Positions 41,257-50,535 of a stretch of 64,000 bases of DNA are shown here, in pieces. Below the pieces are notes generated by a model. That model ran no database searches. It was not told where the DNA came from and was given only the letters and a program-made list of their open reading frames with translations. The position numbers were made by a program, and so were the translations under genes. This stretch comes from Candidatus Krumholzibacteriia bacterium. Lineage in GTDB: Bacteria; Krumholzibacteriota; Krumholzibacteriia; JAJRXK01. Location: the NCBI GenBank assembly GCA_041484665.1, contig JBGPIA010000015.1, positions 1-64,000 on the forward strand, written 5' to 3'. Every line of letters begins with the position of its first letter. Within the stretch, counting starts at the first letter, position 1.

Positions 41257-41913
41257 ATGCTGAACCTGGCTGTCCCCACGGGTGCAACGCGCGCGCTGAC
41301 GATTCTATGCGTAGGGGCGCATTGCGATGACATCGAGATCGGCTGTGGCGGCACGCTTGTCGAGGTGATCCGCAAGCGCCCCGCGCGGGTAACCTGGCTG
41401 ATCTGCGCATCCGATGGTGCGCGCGCGGAGGAGGCGAGGCGATCTGCCGCTCTGTTCCTGCGGGACGCCGCCGAAGTGAAGCTCCTGATCGGGGACCATC
41501 CGGACGGGTTCCTTCCGTACCACGGGGCGCAGGTCAAGGCCGATTTCGAAGCACTCAAGGGGCAGATCGAGCCGGATCTGATCTTCACCCACTACCGTCA
41601 CGATCTCCATCAGGACCATCGCCTCGCCAGTGAGTTGACCTGGAACACGTTCCGGGACCATCTCATCCTCGAGTATGAGGTTCCGAAGTACGACGGCGAC
41701 CTCGGCAATCCCAATGCGTTCTTCCCCCTCTCGGAGGACGTCTGCCGCCACAAGGTGGCCAGCCTCGTGCAGAGCTACCCGTCGCAGGCGAAGAAGAAGT
41801 GGTTCGCCGAGGACCTCTTCATGGCGATGCTGAGACTGAGGGGCATGGAGAGCAACTCGCAAAGCGGTCTGGCCGAGGCGTTCTACTGCAGGAAGCTGCG
41901 GCTCGTTGCTTGA
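41257..41913 (+). CDS. PIG-L/LmbE-family deacetylase
   Basis: GAHCDDIEIGCGGT, R..EA and DLHQDH. Confidence 0.92.
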   Translation: MLNLAVPTGATRALTILCVGAHCDDIEIGCGGTLVEVIRKRPARVTWLICASDGARAEEARRSAALFLRDAAEVKLLIGDHPDGFLPYHGAQVKADFEALKGQIEPDLIFTHYRHDLHQDHRLASELTWNTFRDHLILEYEVPKYDGDLGNPNAFFPLSEDVCRHKVASLVQSYPSQAKKKWFAEDLFMAMLRLRGMESNSQSGLAEAFYCRKLRLVA

Positions 41914-42029
41914 GGCTGCCGCGCGGCAGCTCGACCGCTCGGCTTGTCCGCGGCCGACCGCCAGAGCACCGCCAGGACGGTGGTCCGCACCCTGGACGGG
42001 CGACCGATGAGCGCAGCCGGGGGGAGAGC

Positions 42030-43535
42030 GTGCAGGGGAACGCGCGACCGCGGCGGGACAGGCGAGAGCGCCGGGTGGAGGTCGCTGGGTTGCTCGGTCT
42101 GTGCGCGTGCCTGCTGGGTGCTCTCAGCATCGCAGCTGCAAGGCGCCCGCTCTGGTACGACGAGCTGTTCTCGTTCTACGTCGCGCGTCTGCCGACGCCC
42201 GGCGCGGTGTTGCGCGCCCTGCTGGCGGGCGCCGACAACGGCCCGCCGATCGACTACTGGTTGCGCCACCTGTCCATGAAGTGCTTCGGGGAGACGGCCT
42301 GGGCCCTCCGCTTGCCTTCCATCCTGGCGCTGTCGTGCACGCTGACATGCATCTGGACATTCGCCCGCAGGTGGGCGTCCGTCGCTGCCGCCACAGCGGC
42401 CGTGCTGCTTCCGCTGGGCACCGTCGCGGTGCACTACGCAACGGAGGGCCGGGCCTATGCCACGCTCCTGGCCCTGGCTTCGCTGTCGCTCTTGGCCTGG
42501 CAACGGGCCACCGAGAATCCCCGTAGCCCTGGCCGCCTCGCCGTGCTCTCGTTGGCTCTGGCGGCCGGTCCGCTCTGCCACTACTACGGCGTGCTCAACT
42601 ACGTCCCGATCGTCGTGGGTGAGGCTGTCAGAGTCTTTCGGCGCCGCAAGGTGTCGGTGCCGATCCTCGCGAGCATCGCGATCTCACTGTCCGCCCTCTT
42701 GCTGCTGCTGCCGTTCGTGCCCCACGCGTTGGAGATGAGGGAGCACTTCTGGGCGAGCCGGTTCGGGTTCAGAACGCTGCGCGACGACTATCGGGAGCTG
42801 ATCCGCACGGAGCTCCTGCCGTTCGTCTCCCTGTGCATCTTGGCGTTGCTGGGTGGGGCGTGGCGCGGCCTGCGCCGCACGCGCAGCGAGGGCTGCGGTC
42901 CGCGCGAGGGGGAGATCGCTGCCGCGGCTTCGCTGGCGCTCACACCCGTATCGGTGTGGGCCTTGGCCCTGCTCTACACGAACGCGATGACCTATCGCTA
43001 TGGGCTCGTCGCCGTTCTCGGCGTCGCGCTGCTCGCTGGTCATGCAGTGCTCGTGCTCGAGCGACTGGACCGTCGTCTGGCGTGGGCCGCGATCCTGGTG
43101 ATCGCGGCGGGGGGGCTCGTCACGGTCAAGCAGACCGTCAGGAGCGGCGGATACGGCCCGCTTGCGGCCGGGCTGGAGGAGTTCGTGATCGAGTCGAAGG
43201 CCCGCATCGCGGTGGACAGCCCGCGCTTATTCTTGGAGACCTTTCACTACCTGCCCGCTGCCTACAAGCCCAAGCTGGTCTACCTGACGGACAGAGATGC
43301 CTCGCGGCGGCGCCTGGGATTCGACAACGATGAGATCGCCATCCCGAAGCTGAAAACCGTCGTCGCGCTCGAGACCGAGCCATACTCCGAGTTTTGTGCG
43401 CGGGAGAGAGGGTTCTACGTGATGGCGGCGCAGAGCCGCTACTGGTTGCTCGAGCAGCTCGCCAGGGACGGCGCCGCGGTGGTTCAGATCGCCCAGTTCG
43501 GCAAGATCCAGGTCTTCCGCGTCGCCCTACGGTAG
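42030..43535 (+). CDS. GT-C-fold (family 39/ArnT-like) membrane glycosyltransferase
   Basis: LWYDE, PPIDY, RLPS, EGRAYA and HYYG with multiple TMs. GTG start after GGAGAG. Confidence 0.8.
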   Translation: MQGNARPRRDRRERRVEVAGLLGLCACLLGALSIAAARRPLWYDELFSFYVARLPTPGAVLRALLAGADNGPPIDYWLRHLSMKCFGETAWALRLPSILALSCTLTCIWTFARRWASVAAATAAVLLPLGTVAVHYATEGRAYATLLALASLSLLAWQRATENPRSPGRLAVLSLALAAGPLCHYYGVLNYVPIVVGEAVRVFRRRKVSVPILASIAISLSALLLLLPFVPHALEMREHFWASRFGFRTLRDDYRELIRTELLPFVSLCILALLGGAWRGLRRTRSEGCGPREGEIAAAASLALTPVSVWALALLYTNAMTYRYGLVAVLGVALLAGHAVLVLERLDRRLAWAAILVIAAGGLVTVKQTVRSGGYGPLAAGLEEFVIESKARIAVDSPRLFLETFHYLPAAYKPKLVYLTDRDASRRRLGFDNDEIAIPKLKTVVALETEPYSEFCARERGFYVMAAQSRYWLLEQLARDGAAVVQIAQFGKIQVFRVALR

Positions 43536-43606
43536 AACCGGGCTTTGGCTCCGCTGCGGGCGGGCGCGCGGCCCGCTCGTGCGCGGCTCTTTGCGGGGCG
43601 CAAGCG

Positions 43607-44734
43607 TCAGGGGAGGTGCCAGCTCATGGTGAGATGGACGCCGTTCGGGGTCGGGGCGACGGACCAGGCCACCGCCTGCGCCGATGCCTCTGCGAGGTTG
43701 CCGCTCACGAAGGCATCGACGACGCTCCACAGGTAGAAGGACGCAGAGGTGCCGACGAGGATCGAGCGAATGAGGGCTCTGGTGTCCGTGCGGGACTTGG
43801 CATCGTCGATTGCTCCTTGAGCCGTGCGGCGCTCGTCGTCGTTCTGTGCCTCGTCGCGGCGCCGCTGCGCCGCGTAGAAGTCGCGGCGGGCCCCCAGAAC
43901 CGCTTCTTGAGCCAGAACCGCTCCGGCGACGGAGGCTCCGATGGCCGACGAGAAGATCGCGGCACGGGTGCTCCGGCCAAGGTAACGCTGGCCGGCCCCT
44001 GGCACGAGAGCGCTCCGCAGCGCGGCGCTCCGTCTTCCGGCCCGTGGGAACATCGCCGTGTACTCGCCGAGTGTGTCCGACCTCACGGTTGGCTTGGGGG
44101 TCAACAGCCAGGTCTCGACCCCTGCACCGAGCCAGGACGCGGCGAAGTACCCTGCCCAGATGCCCCGGATCCGCCTCTGGTCCCTCTCCTCGTCCTGCGC
44201 ATCGGACAGCTCGCGCGACGCGGCTGCGATCGCGTCGGCGGCGCTGGCTTGCGTGAGTTCCGCCATCGCCCGGGAAACACGGTCCTGCGCGTCCTTCACG
44301 GTCCCAGCGCTCCGCCACCACATGGCTCCCGAGAACGCCCCGGCCCCCAGGTGGTACCACCCGCGCCGCTCCCCCCGCACCAGGTGGACCAGACCGGGCG
44401 GTTTGAGCATGGCGGAGGGGCCCGCCCAGGAGCGGAACGTCAAACCGGTCTGGTCGCGGGTGAAGCGCCAGCGGGACGTTGCCAGCCCGGGCCCACCTGC
44501 AGTCAACCGGTACTTGCCGGGAGACAGGACCGAGAGCGGCACCGGACCGACGCCGAACACCGGGATCGGACCCTGGATGCTGAGGTAGGTGCTGGATGGC
44601 TCGGCCTTCAGCGCCTCCACCGTATCCGGGGATGGAATCGCCGAACGGATACCCTCCACCTGTCCCCACGCCGCGGCGCAGAACAACAGGTCGATCGCCA
44701 TGGCGCATGGGATCGACCGCCATCGCGGTCTCAC
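43607..44734 (-). CDS. Exported hypothetical protein with duplicated DUF5683-like helical hairpins
   Basis: GTG after GAGGAG and a signal-like N-terminus. SAMLKPPGLVHL and SALVPGAGQRY..YLWSVVDAF. C-terminal beta-strand VHLTMSWHLP. Confidence 0.6.
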   Translation of the reverse strand: MRPRWRSIPCAMAIDLLFCAAAWGQVEGIRSAIPSPDTVEALKAEPSSTYLSIQGPIPVFGVGPVPLSVLSPGKYRLTAGGPGLATSRWRFTRDQTGLTFRSWAGPSAMLKPPGLVHLVRGERRGWYHLGAGAFSGAMWWRSAGTVKDAQDRVSRAMAELTQASAADAIAAASRELSDAQDEERDQRRIRGIWAGYFAASWLGAGVETWLLTPKPTVRSDTLGEYTAMFPRAGRRSAALRSALVPGAGQRYLGRSTRAAIFSSAIGASVAGAVLAQEAVLGARRDFYAAQRRRDEAQNDDERRTAQGAIDDAKSRTDTRALIRSILVGTSASFYLWSVVDAFVSGNLAEASAQAVAWSVAPTPNGVHLTMSWHLP

Positions 44735-44813
44735 ATCGGCTCCTCGCGCTCGACCTCGGCCATTGCGGATGCGCCGCAGACACGCCCACGGATGGACGGG
44801 GTATTCCAGAACC

Positions 44814-46331
44814 TCAACGCATTGCCCCCCGTCGTAGACGTTCGGCCTCGCGGGAGGACCAGGCTCCGGTCCGCGTTTGGGGGAAGCGGGTCGCCGCCCG
44901 CTCCAGAAGCGCGACCGCGCGCGACGTGTCGCCCAGCTCGACGGTCGCCATGCGGGCGGCCTCAACCAGTAATCGCAGCTCTCTCGACGAGCCTGCCACG
45001 TATTCGCTCAACGTGACCATCTCGTTGACGGCCTCTTCCTGTCGGTGCTCCAGGGAAAGGGTTCGGATCAGCATCTCCCACGCATCGTACGTGCAGGGAT
45101 TCTCCGGATAGCGATCGAGGAACTCGCGGTACCCACGCTGCGCCTGCTCCAGAGCGCTCATCCTGGCAGCTTCGTTCCCGCTGCGCAAGTAGTGGTCCGC
45201 GATCTCGAGGTGCGTGCGCAACGCAGCGACACTGATGGGGTACTCGGCCTGCAAGGACCGGTAGCTGTCGATCGCTTCACTCCAGCGATCCAGCCGCTCG
45301 AGGATCTGCCCCTTGGCCAGAATTGCCTCGGGAGCGACGATCGCACTGTCGAATTCCCGCAGCAGACGATCGAGGAATCCAAGCGCCTCGTCCGGTCGCC
45401 CTTGCGCGCCAGCCTCGTCGGCCAGCACCAGCAGGGCCCGCGGAGCCGTCTCGCCCTGGGGGTAGTCCGCCAGCAGCGAGTCGATTTCCGCGCGAATGGC
45501 CTGTGGGGGCGAGTGTGCATGCACCCGCGCCATGACGGTCGCGAACCGGACCTCGGCCGGATCACGGGGAGGGGTGTCCATCGAGCGGAGCTGCTGCTCC
45601 AGGCGACGGAGGATCCGCTCGGCCTCGGCCCACTGGCCGAGGTCCGCGGCGATATCGGCCAGGTGGCCGCGCGCGCCGATCACGACCTTCGCAGACGCGC
45701 TCTCGGCAAGCATGCGCCTGTAGTAGCGGCGGCTCTCCGCATACTGAGTGGAGTCGCTGGGATCGCTCGAGGCACTCGCCTGCAACCGAGCGATGCGCAG
45801 CGGAAGAGCCAGGACCGTGCCGGCGATCCCGGGCTGACCCGGGCGAGGCTCGACCTGTTCGACGATGCTCCTGTAGTACTCGATGGCCTGGGCAATCTCA
45901 CCCCTGCTCTCCGCAATCCTGCCGCGCGAGAGAGAGACCTCGCCCGCGATGTTCGGCTGCTGTGAGAAGGTCGTCGCCATTTGCCGGAAGATCTGGTCCA
46001 CGCGCACGGAATCCTGGAGAGCGCCATGGATCTGCGCCGTGCTGAACAGAGCCCGCGCCGCGATTCCCTGGAGCTCAGTCTGGACTGCGGCCGAGCCACG
46101 GCTCCCGGAGCCCGACCCGGACAGGCAACGGCCGGCGATCTCCTCGTATCGATCTGCGAGGGCTCTCCACCGGTCCTCACCCGTATGCCTCGCGCTCGCG
46201 GAGAGTCGCTGGAACTCCCGGTTGGCTCTCCAGCTGTCCCGCTCAGCCCGGTAGCGCTGCCCGATCTCCTGCCCGCTGCAGCTCGCCAACAGCAGCAGGA
46301 GGGCGCCAAAGGCGAACGGGCGCATGCTCAT
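44814..46331 (-). CDS. Tetratricopeptide-repeat lipoprotein
   Basis: Lipobox LASC. Repeated A...Y/L....YP....A..A TPR (BamD/YfiO-type) motifs. ATGA overlap. Confidence 0.82.
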   Translation of the reverse strand: MSMRPFAFGALLLLLASCSGQEIGQRYRAERDSWRANREFQRLSASARHTGEDRWRALADRYEEIAGRCLSGSGSGSRGSAAVQTELQGIAARALFSTAQIHGALQDSVRVDQIFRQMATTFSQQPNIAGEVSLSRGRIAESRGEIAQAIEYYRSIVEQVEPRPGQPGIAGTVLALPLRIARLQASASSDPSDSTQYAESRRYYRRMLAESASAKVVIGARGHLADIAADLGQWAEAERILRRLEQQLRSMDTPPRDPAEVRFATVMARVHAHSPPQAIRAEIDSLLADYPQGETAPRALLVLADEAGAQGRPDEALGFLDRLLREFDSAIVAPEAILAKGQILERLDRWSEAIDSYRSLQAEYPISVAALRTHLEIADHYLRSGNEAARMSALEQAQRGYREFLDRYPENPCTYDAWEMLIRTLSLEHRQEEAVNEMVTLSEYVAGSSRELRLLVEAARMATVELGDTSRAVALLERAATRFPQTRTGAWSSREAERLRRGAMR

Positions 46332-47161
46332 CGGCCGGTCCTGGTTGCGGAGACGAACATCCGCGTGATCGAGCCGACCAGCACGAATGTGAGCAGGACT
46401 GTGGCCACGATCCGCAGTCCCACGACGCCGGCGACCAATTCGGGGCGCGGCACGGTGGAGGGGCTTACGCGGCTCAGTACGTACGAGAACGGAGCAAGCA
46501 GCCCTGCCGGAACGGCCACCAGGATGATCGTAGGCGCGAAAACCCAGCGGGCGAGGCCCACGGAGTCGCGAATCGCGGACCACATGGACCGGCCCTTCAG
46601 CACCACGAAGGCCGTCGAGTAGGCCAACAACGCGTGGGCCAAGACGACCAGCAGCGGCTTTCCCGCCAGAGCGATCCACCGCAACAGAGAGCTTTCCAGC
46701 CGCGCCTCCACCGGAAGCAAGCCGAACAGTGCGCTCGCGGCCTGTCGTGCCCCCGCCGCCAGCAGCGCGAGGCCGACGAGAGCGGGGGCGCAACGAGTGG
46801 CGACCGCCCAGGCACTCTCCTCATGCGCGAGGCCGAAGGCCGCGGCGAAGCGGAGCGTGGCGACCCCGGGCACCACCCAGGCGAGGAGAATGTCGATCCC
46901 GGCCGCCACTTTGTCGTACATCGCAGGCAGGGCGAAGAAGTGGAATGGGTAGTGGGTCGCCACCTCACCACCCAAGGCCTGGACCAGCGGGGCAGCGAAC
47001 GGGACGAGGGGCGGTTGGTGGAAAAAGACGAGCAGACACAGGATGGGAGCCTGCACGCTCGCGATCATCAAGACCGGCATCCAGATCGAAGAGCGGTCGG
47101 CGACCCCGACCACGCTCCGCCAGGCCAACGCCGCAACGCCGAGTGGCCGGAACCAGTTCAA
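46328..47161 (-). CDS. Hypothetical polytopic membrane protein
   Basis: About 6 hydrophobic segments and an HYP.HF..LP motif. Translationally coupled to the TPR gene. Confidence 0.7.
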   Translation of the reverse strand: MNWFRPLGVAALAWRSVVGVADRSSIWMPVLMIASVQAPILCLLVFFHQPPLVPFAAPLVQALGGEVATHYPFHFFALPAMYDKVAAGIDILLAWVVPGVATLRFAAAFGLAHEESAWAVATRCAPALVGLALLAAGARQAASALFGLLPVEARLESSLLRWIALAGKPLLVVLAHALLAYSTAFVVLKGRSMWSAIRDSVGLARWVFAPTIILVAVPAGLLAPFSYVLSRVSPSTVPRPELVAGVVGLRIVATVLLTFVLVGSITRMFVSATRTGR

Positions 47162-47383
47162 GGTTGGCGCCCCCGGATTCCGCGTGCTCTCCGCAGTTCG
47201 GGACCGGCCAGAGTATAGGATCGGCCGGGAAGATGCGGATCAGCGGGCCATCGGAAGTCCCAGCCGGGGGCGGTGGGCGCCTGCCGCCCTGGTCGCCGCC
47301 GCGCTCTCGAAGAAGGCTAGAGCACCCCCGCTGCGAGCGTCAAGGAGCCGCAAGCCCTGCCTGGGCGATGCTCCGGCAAGTTG

Positions 47384-47830
47384 CTAGAGGGCCTTCAGGT
47401 CCCGCAGGACCTCCTGCGGATGGTCCGCGGGCTTCACCTTCTCGTAGGCGCGGGCGATCTTCCCGGTCTTGTCGATCAGGTAGCTGATGCGGTGGGCGTA
47501 CTGATCGGTGCTCTTCTCGCACGCGCCGTACGCAAGCCCGACGTCGCGCTGGGTATCGCAGAGTAGATCGAACGGGAAGCTGAATTTCTCGGCAAAGGTG
47601 TGGTTGGCGTCGACGGTGTCGAAGCTGATCCCCATGACCGTGCAGTTGAGCTTCTGGAACTCGTGGATTCCGTCCCGGAACCCTTTCCCTTCGGCCGTTC
47701 AACCGGGCGTATCGGCCTTGGGATAGAACCACAGCACGACCGCCTTGCCCTTCAGGTGCGCGAGACGCACGGTCTGCCCTTTGTGGTTCTGCACGCTGAA
47801 CTCCGGAGCTTGTACGCCGACCCTGAGCAT
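47384..47830 (-). CDS. bcp: BCP/PrxQ-type peroxiredoxin, predicted selenoprotein (UGA at codon 44)
   Basis: AGGAGG RBS and ATG 47830. MLRVGVQAPEF..VVLWFYPKADTPG-UGA-TAEGKGFRD..MGISFD..F.LLCD..RISYLIDK.GKI. UGA at 47699-47701 occupies the peroxidatic Cys position. Confidence 0.9.
47665..47683 (-). promoter_or_regulatory. Putative bacterial SECIS element
   Basis: GGGUUCCG-GGA-CGGAAUCC stem-loop starting 16 nt after the UGA. The G-initiated apical loop is ~23 nt downstream of the UGA. Confidence 0.7.
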
Positions 47831-47904
47831 AAGCCCTCCTCTTCTGTGCATGGCCTCCGTCGCCCCGGAGGGGCGCGCCGTCGAGCGCGCAGCCGAAGTA
47901 GACG

Positions 47905-48318
47905 TCAGACACCGAGCACGCGCGCAGCGCGCTCGTATGCGTCGGGCTTCACGTAGACGAGGTAGCCGTAGCCGCCTCGCGCGTCGGTCACACCGTTGCT
48001 CGCGTAGACATTGATCTCCGCGTCGTAGAGCGCGCGGTGGATGTCCACCAGTGCGCCGAGCTGATCGTCACCCTGGATGAGCAGGGCGCGCTGCGGGCCG
48101 GAGAGCTGCATTCCCATCGTTTTCGCCGCCGCGATCAGCAAGTCGACCGACTCGGGGAACAGCTGCAGCTGGGTCTGGGTGGCGCCCATCGGGATGACAC
48201 TGAAGGCCAGCAGGTACACGCCCGCCTCGGCGAGCTGCGAGAGGAACGCATAGGCCTGCCCTGGCTTGTCGGCCACGGTGGCGTAGAAATAATCCACGCG
48301 GCGAATGTGGGCGCCCAT
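47905..48318 (-). CDS. Tandem ACT-domain-like protein
   Basis: GGAGGT RBS. DKPG..L..LAEAGV.L and DQLGAL..I..L.DAEINV repeats. Confidence 0.75.
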   Translation of the reverse strand: MGAHIRRVDYFYATVADKPGQAYAFLSQLAEAGVYLLAFSVIPMGATQTQLQLFPESVDLLIAAAKTMGMQLSGPQRALLIQGDDQLGALVDIHRALYDAEINVYASNGVTDARGGYGYLVYVKPDAYERAARVLGV

Positions 48319-48462
48319 CCGGCACCTCCCCCGTGAAAGGGCCTCCTGCCTGCGATTGAACGCCCACGCGAGATCGGCGTCAATGGGGACGGCCCGTGCG
48401 CAGCAACCGGCCCGCGGGCGATAGCCGTCTCAAGCGGCATGCGCTAGATTGGCCCCCCTGAT

Positions 48463-49812
48463 ATGGCCGCGCGCCGCCGCCCGCTCCTCGCCCTCACCCA
48501 CCGCGACTTCCGCCGGCTGTGGCTGGCTCAGCTCGTCTCCCTCACCGGGTCCCAGATGCAGGCGGTGGCCATCGGCTGGCACATCTACCTGTTGACCCAC
48601 TCGCCGCTGGCGCTGGGGATGGTGGGGCTGACGCGCGTGGTCCCCATCATCGTCTTCTCCCTGTGGGGCGGGATCCTAGCCGATCGCCGCGACCGGCGCT
48701 GGGTGATGTTCTGGGCACAGATCGTCATGACGGCCGTGGCCGCCTCGCTCTCCACCTTGACGTTCGTAGGCCACGAGCGGCTCTGGATGATCTACGCGCT
48801 CAACGCCGTCGCCGCCGCCGCCACCGCCTTCGACGCGCCCGCCCGCCAGGCGCTCATCCCGCGACTGGTGCCGATGGCGGACCTGCCGGGCGCGCTCTCC
48901 CTCAATCTGACGGCGTTCCACACGGCCATGATCGCGGGCCCGGCCGCCGCCGGGTTGCTCATCGCCGGCACCGGGCGGTGGTTGGCGCCGGGCGCAGCGC
49001 CCGCCAGGATGATGGCCGAGAGCGCGGTGGCCGCGCACGGCACGGCAGGGCTGGCGTGGATCTACGCGCTCAACGCCCTCTCGTTTCTGGCGGTGCTGGC
49101 CGCGTTGCGAGCGATGGACCCCTCGCTCGGGCGCGCACCCGGCGACCCGCTGCAGCGGGTCAGCCCGCTGTCCTCGCTCAAGGAGGGACTGCGCTTCGTG
49201 TTCGCCACGCCGCTCATGGTGTGGACCATGGCGCTGGACTTCTTCGCCACCTTCTTCTCGGGAGCGATGTCGCTGCTGCCCATCTTCGCAGACCAGATCC
49301 TGAGGGTCGGGCCCGCGGGGTACGGGACGCTGGCCGCGGCGCCCGCGCTGGGCGCCCTCCTGGGCGCGTTGTTCACCTCCGTACACCCACTCCCCAACCG
49401 GCAGGGACGTGTGTTCCTGTGGGCGGTCGCCGCCTACGGGGCGGCGACGATCGCGTTCGGGTTCTCGCGCAGCTTCCTGCTGACCTTCGCCGCGCTGGCG
49501 GGCTCCGGACTGGCCGACCTCGTCTCCACCGTGATCCGGCAGACCCTGCGCCAGCTGATCACCCCCGACGCGCTGCGCGGCCGCATGACCTCGATCAACA
49601 TGATCTTCTTCATGGGCGGCCCGCAGCTCGGAGAGCTGGAGGCTGGTGTGGTGGCCTCGTTGTTCGCCTCGGCGGCCGTGGGCGCAACGGTTTCGGTCGT
49701 CTCGGGCGGACTGGCAACGTTGGTAGTGGTGGCGGTGATCGCCGGCGCCACGCGCATCGTGCGCGAGTACGATCTCCAGGAGCAGCCGCCCCACCAGGCT
49801 CGGGGAGGCTGA
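48463..49812 (+). CDS. MFS transporter (EntS/MFS_3-like)
   Basis: DFRRLW, GILADRRDRR, PARQALIP and RQLITPDALRGR. About 12 TMs. Confidence 0.92.
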   Translation: MAARRRPLLALTHRDFRRLWLAQLVSLTGSQMQAVAIGWHIYLLTHSPLALGMVGLTRVVPIIVFSLWGGILADRRDRRWVMFWAQIVMTAVAASLSTLTFVGHERLWMIYALNAVAAAATAFDAPARQALIPRLVPMADLPGALSLNLTAFHTAMIAGPAAAGLLIAGTGRWLAPGAAPARMMAESAVAAHGTAGLAWIYALNALSFLAVLAALRAMDPSLGRAPGDPLQRVSPLSSLKEGLRFVFATPLMVWTMALDFFATFFSGAMSLLPIFADQILRVGPAGYGTLAAAPALGALLGALFTSVHPLPNRQGRVFLWAVAAYGAATIAFGFSRSFLLTFAALAGSGLADLVSTVIRQTLRQLITPDALRGRMTSINMIFFMGGPQLGELEAGVVASLFASAAVGATVSVVSGGLATLVVVAVIAGATRIVREYDLQEQPPHQARGG

Positions 49813-49872
49813 GGGCCGCCCGTGCGCGGCGTCAGGTCTCCGAGTCTCGTCTGCGCATCCCACCACCGCATC

Positions 49873-49937
49873 CCCGCAGGGGCCTCCCGCAGGCGACTCC
49901 CGCAGGCGCCTCTCGCCGGCACCTCCCGCCGGCGCCT
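49873..49937. repeat. Five tandem degenerate 13-bp repeats (CCCGCAGGCGCCT)
   Basis: cccgcaggggcct / cccgcaggcgact / cccgcaggcgcct / ctcgccggcacct / cccgccggcgcct, contiguous and intergenic. Confidence 0.85.
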
Positions 49938-50139
49938 CTCCCCGCCGCATTCCGGCGCGCAACGGCCGACCCCCGGCCGGGCTGGAACCCGAGTGCGCTC
50001 CCGGGACTTGAAAGGAGCGTGTCGGGTCCCCTGCGCAACGTGGCCCTGCCGCAACGCCGAGTCCCCAGCCGGGTTGCAGCTGGGTGCTTGGCCGCCCGCG
50101 CAGCAGGAGGAAGGAACGGGGGGTGCATGACCCGGGCGC

Positions 50140-50394
50140 GTGGTCTGCAGAGAAGGCCGCAGCGGGATCGTGGAGTCCGGCGGGGACTACTTTACGGTGA
50201 CGTTCGCGGGGCTGCCGGAGGCCCACGCGGGGCAGCTCGTCCGAGTCGAGGACGGCCGGGCGGTGGAGGTCTGGGTCTCCCTGGGTGCGGACCCGCAGCC
50301 TGGCCCGGCACCCGCTCCAGGCACTGGCTGGGCATCGGGCAGCTTGCCTTCGAGAGCAGCAGCTGACGCGTGGTGCGAGGAGTGGTTGGGATAA
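50140..50394 (+). CDS. Small hypothetical protein
   Basis: 84-aa ORF with protein-like composition (YFTVTF..GQLVRVE..WCEEWLG). Start uncertain. Confidence 0.4.
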   Translation: MVCREGRSGIVESGGDYFTVTFAGLPEAHAGQLVRVEDGRAVEVWVSLGADPQPGPAPAPGTGWASGSLPSRAAADAWCEEWLG

Positions 50395-50507
50395 GGCCCG
50401 CCCTCGTGGGTCGCCCCCCCTCCGAGCCCCGGCGCTGGCGGTCCCGTTCTCGGGATCCTGGCTCCGCGGCGGCGCTCGACCCGGGACGCGGTCCGTCCCG
50501 TCTACGT

Positions 50508-50523
50508 TGGCATTGCTGTTGCA
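50508..50523 (+). promoter_or_regulatory. Putative sigma54 promoter
   Basis: TGGCATTGCTGTTGCA (GG-N10-GC) immediately upstream of ATG 50530/50536. Confidence 0.6.
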
Positions 50524-50535
50524 CCAGGCATGGGC

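Noticed and set aside
47384..47830. Peroxiredoxin as a nonsense pseudogene
   Set aside because: The only stop is UGA at the exact catalytic position, followed by a SECIS-like hairpin, with no other lesion.
49984..50120. Possible SRP RNA (GGGTCCCCTGCGCAAC) or tRNA-Sec/Ser (GACTTGAAA)
   Set aside because: Lacks the SRP CAGG..GGAAGGAAGCAGC domain. No anticodon stem or TTCGA arm can be formed.
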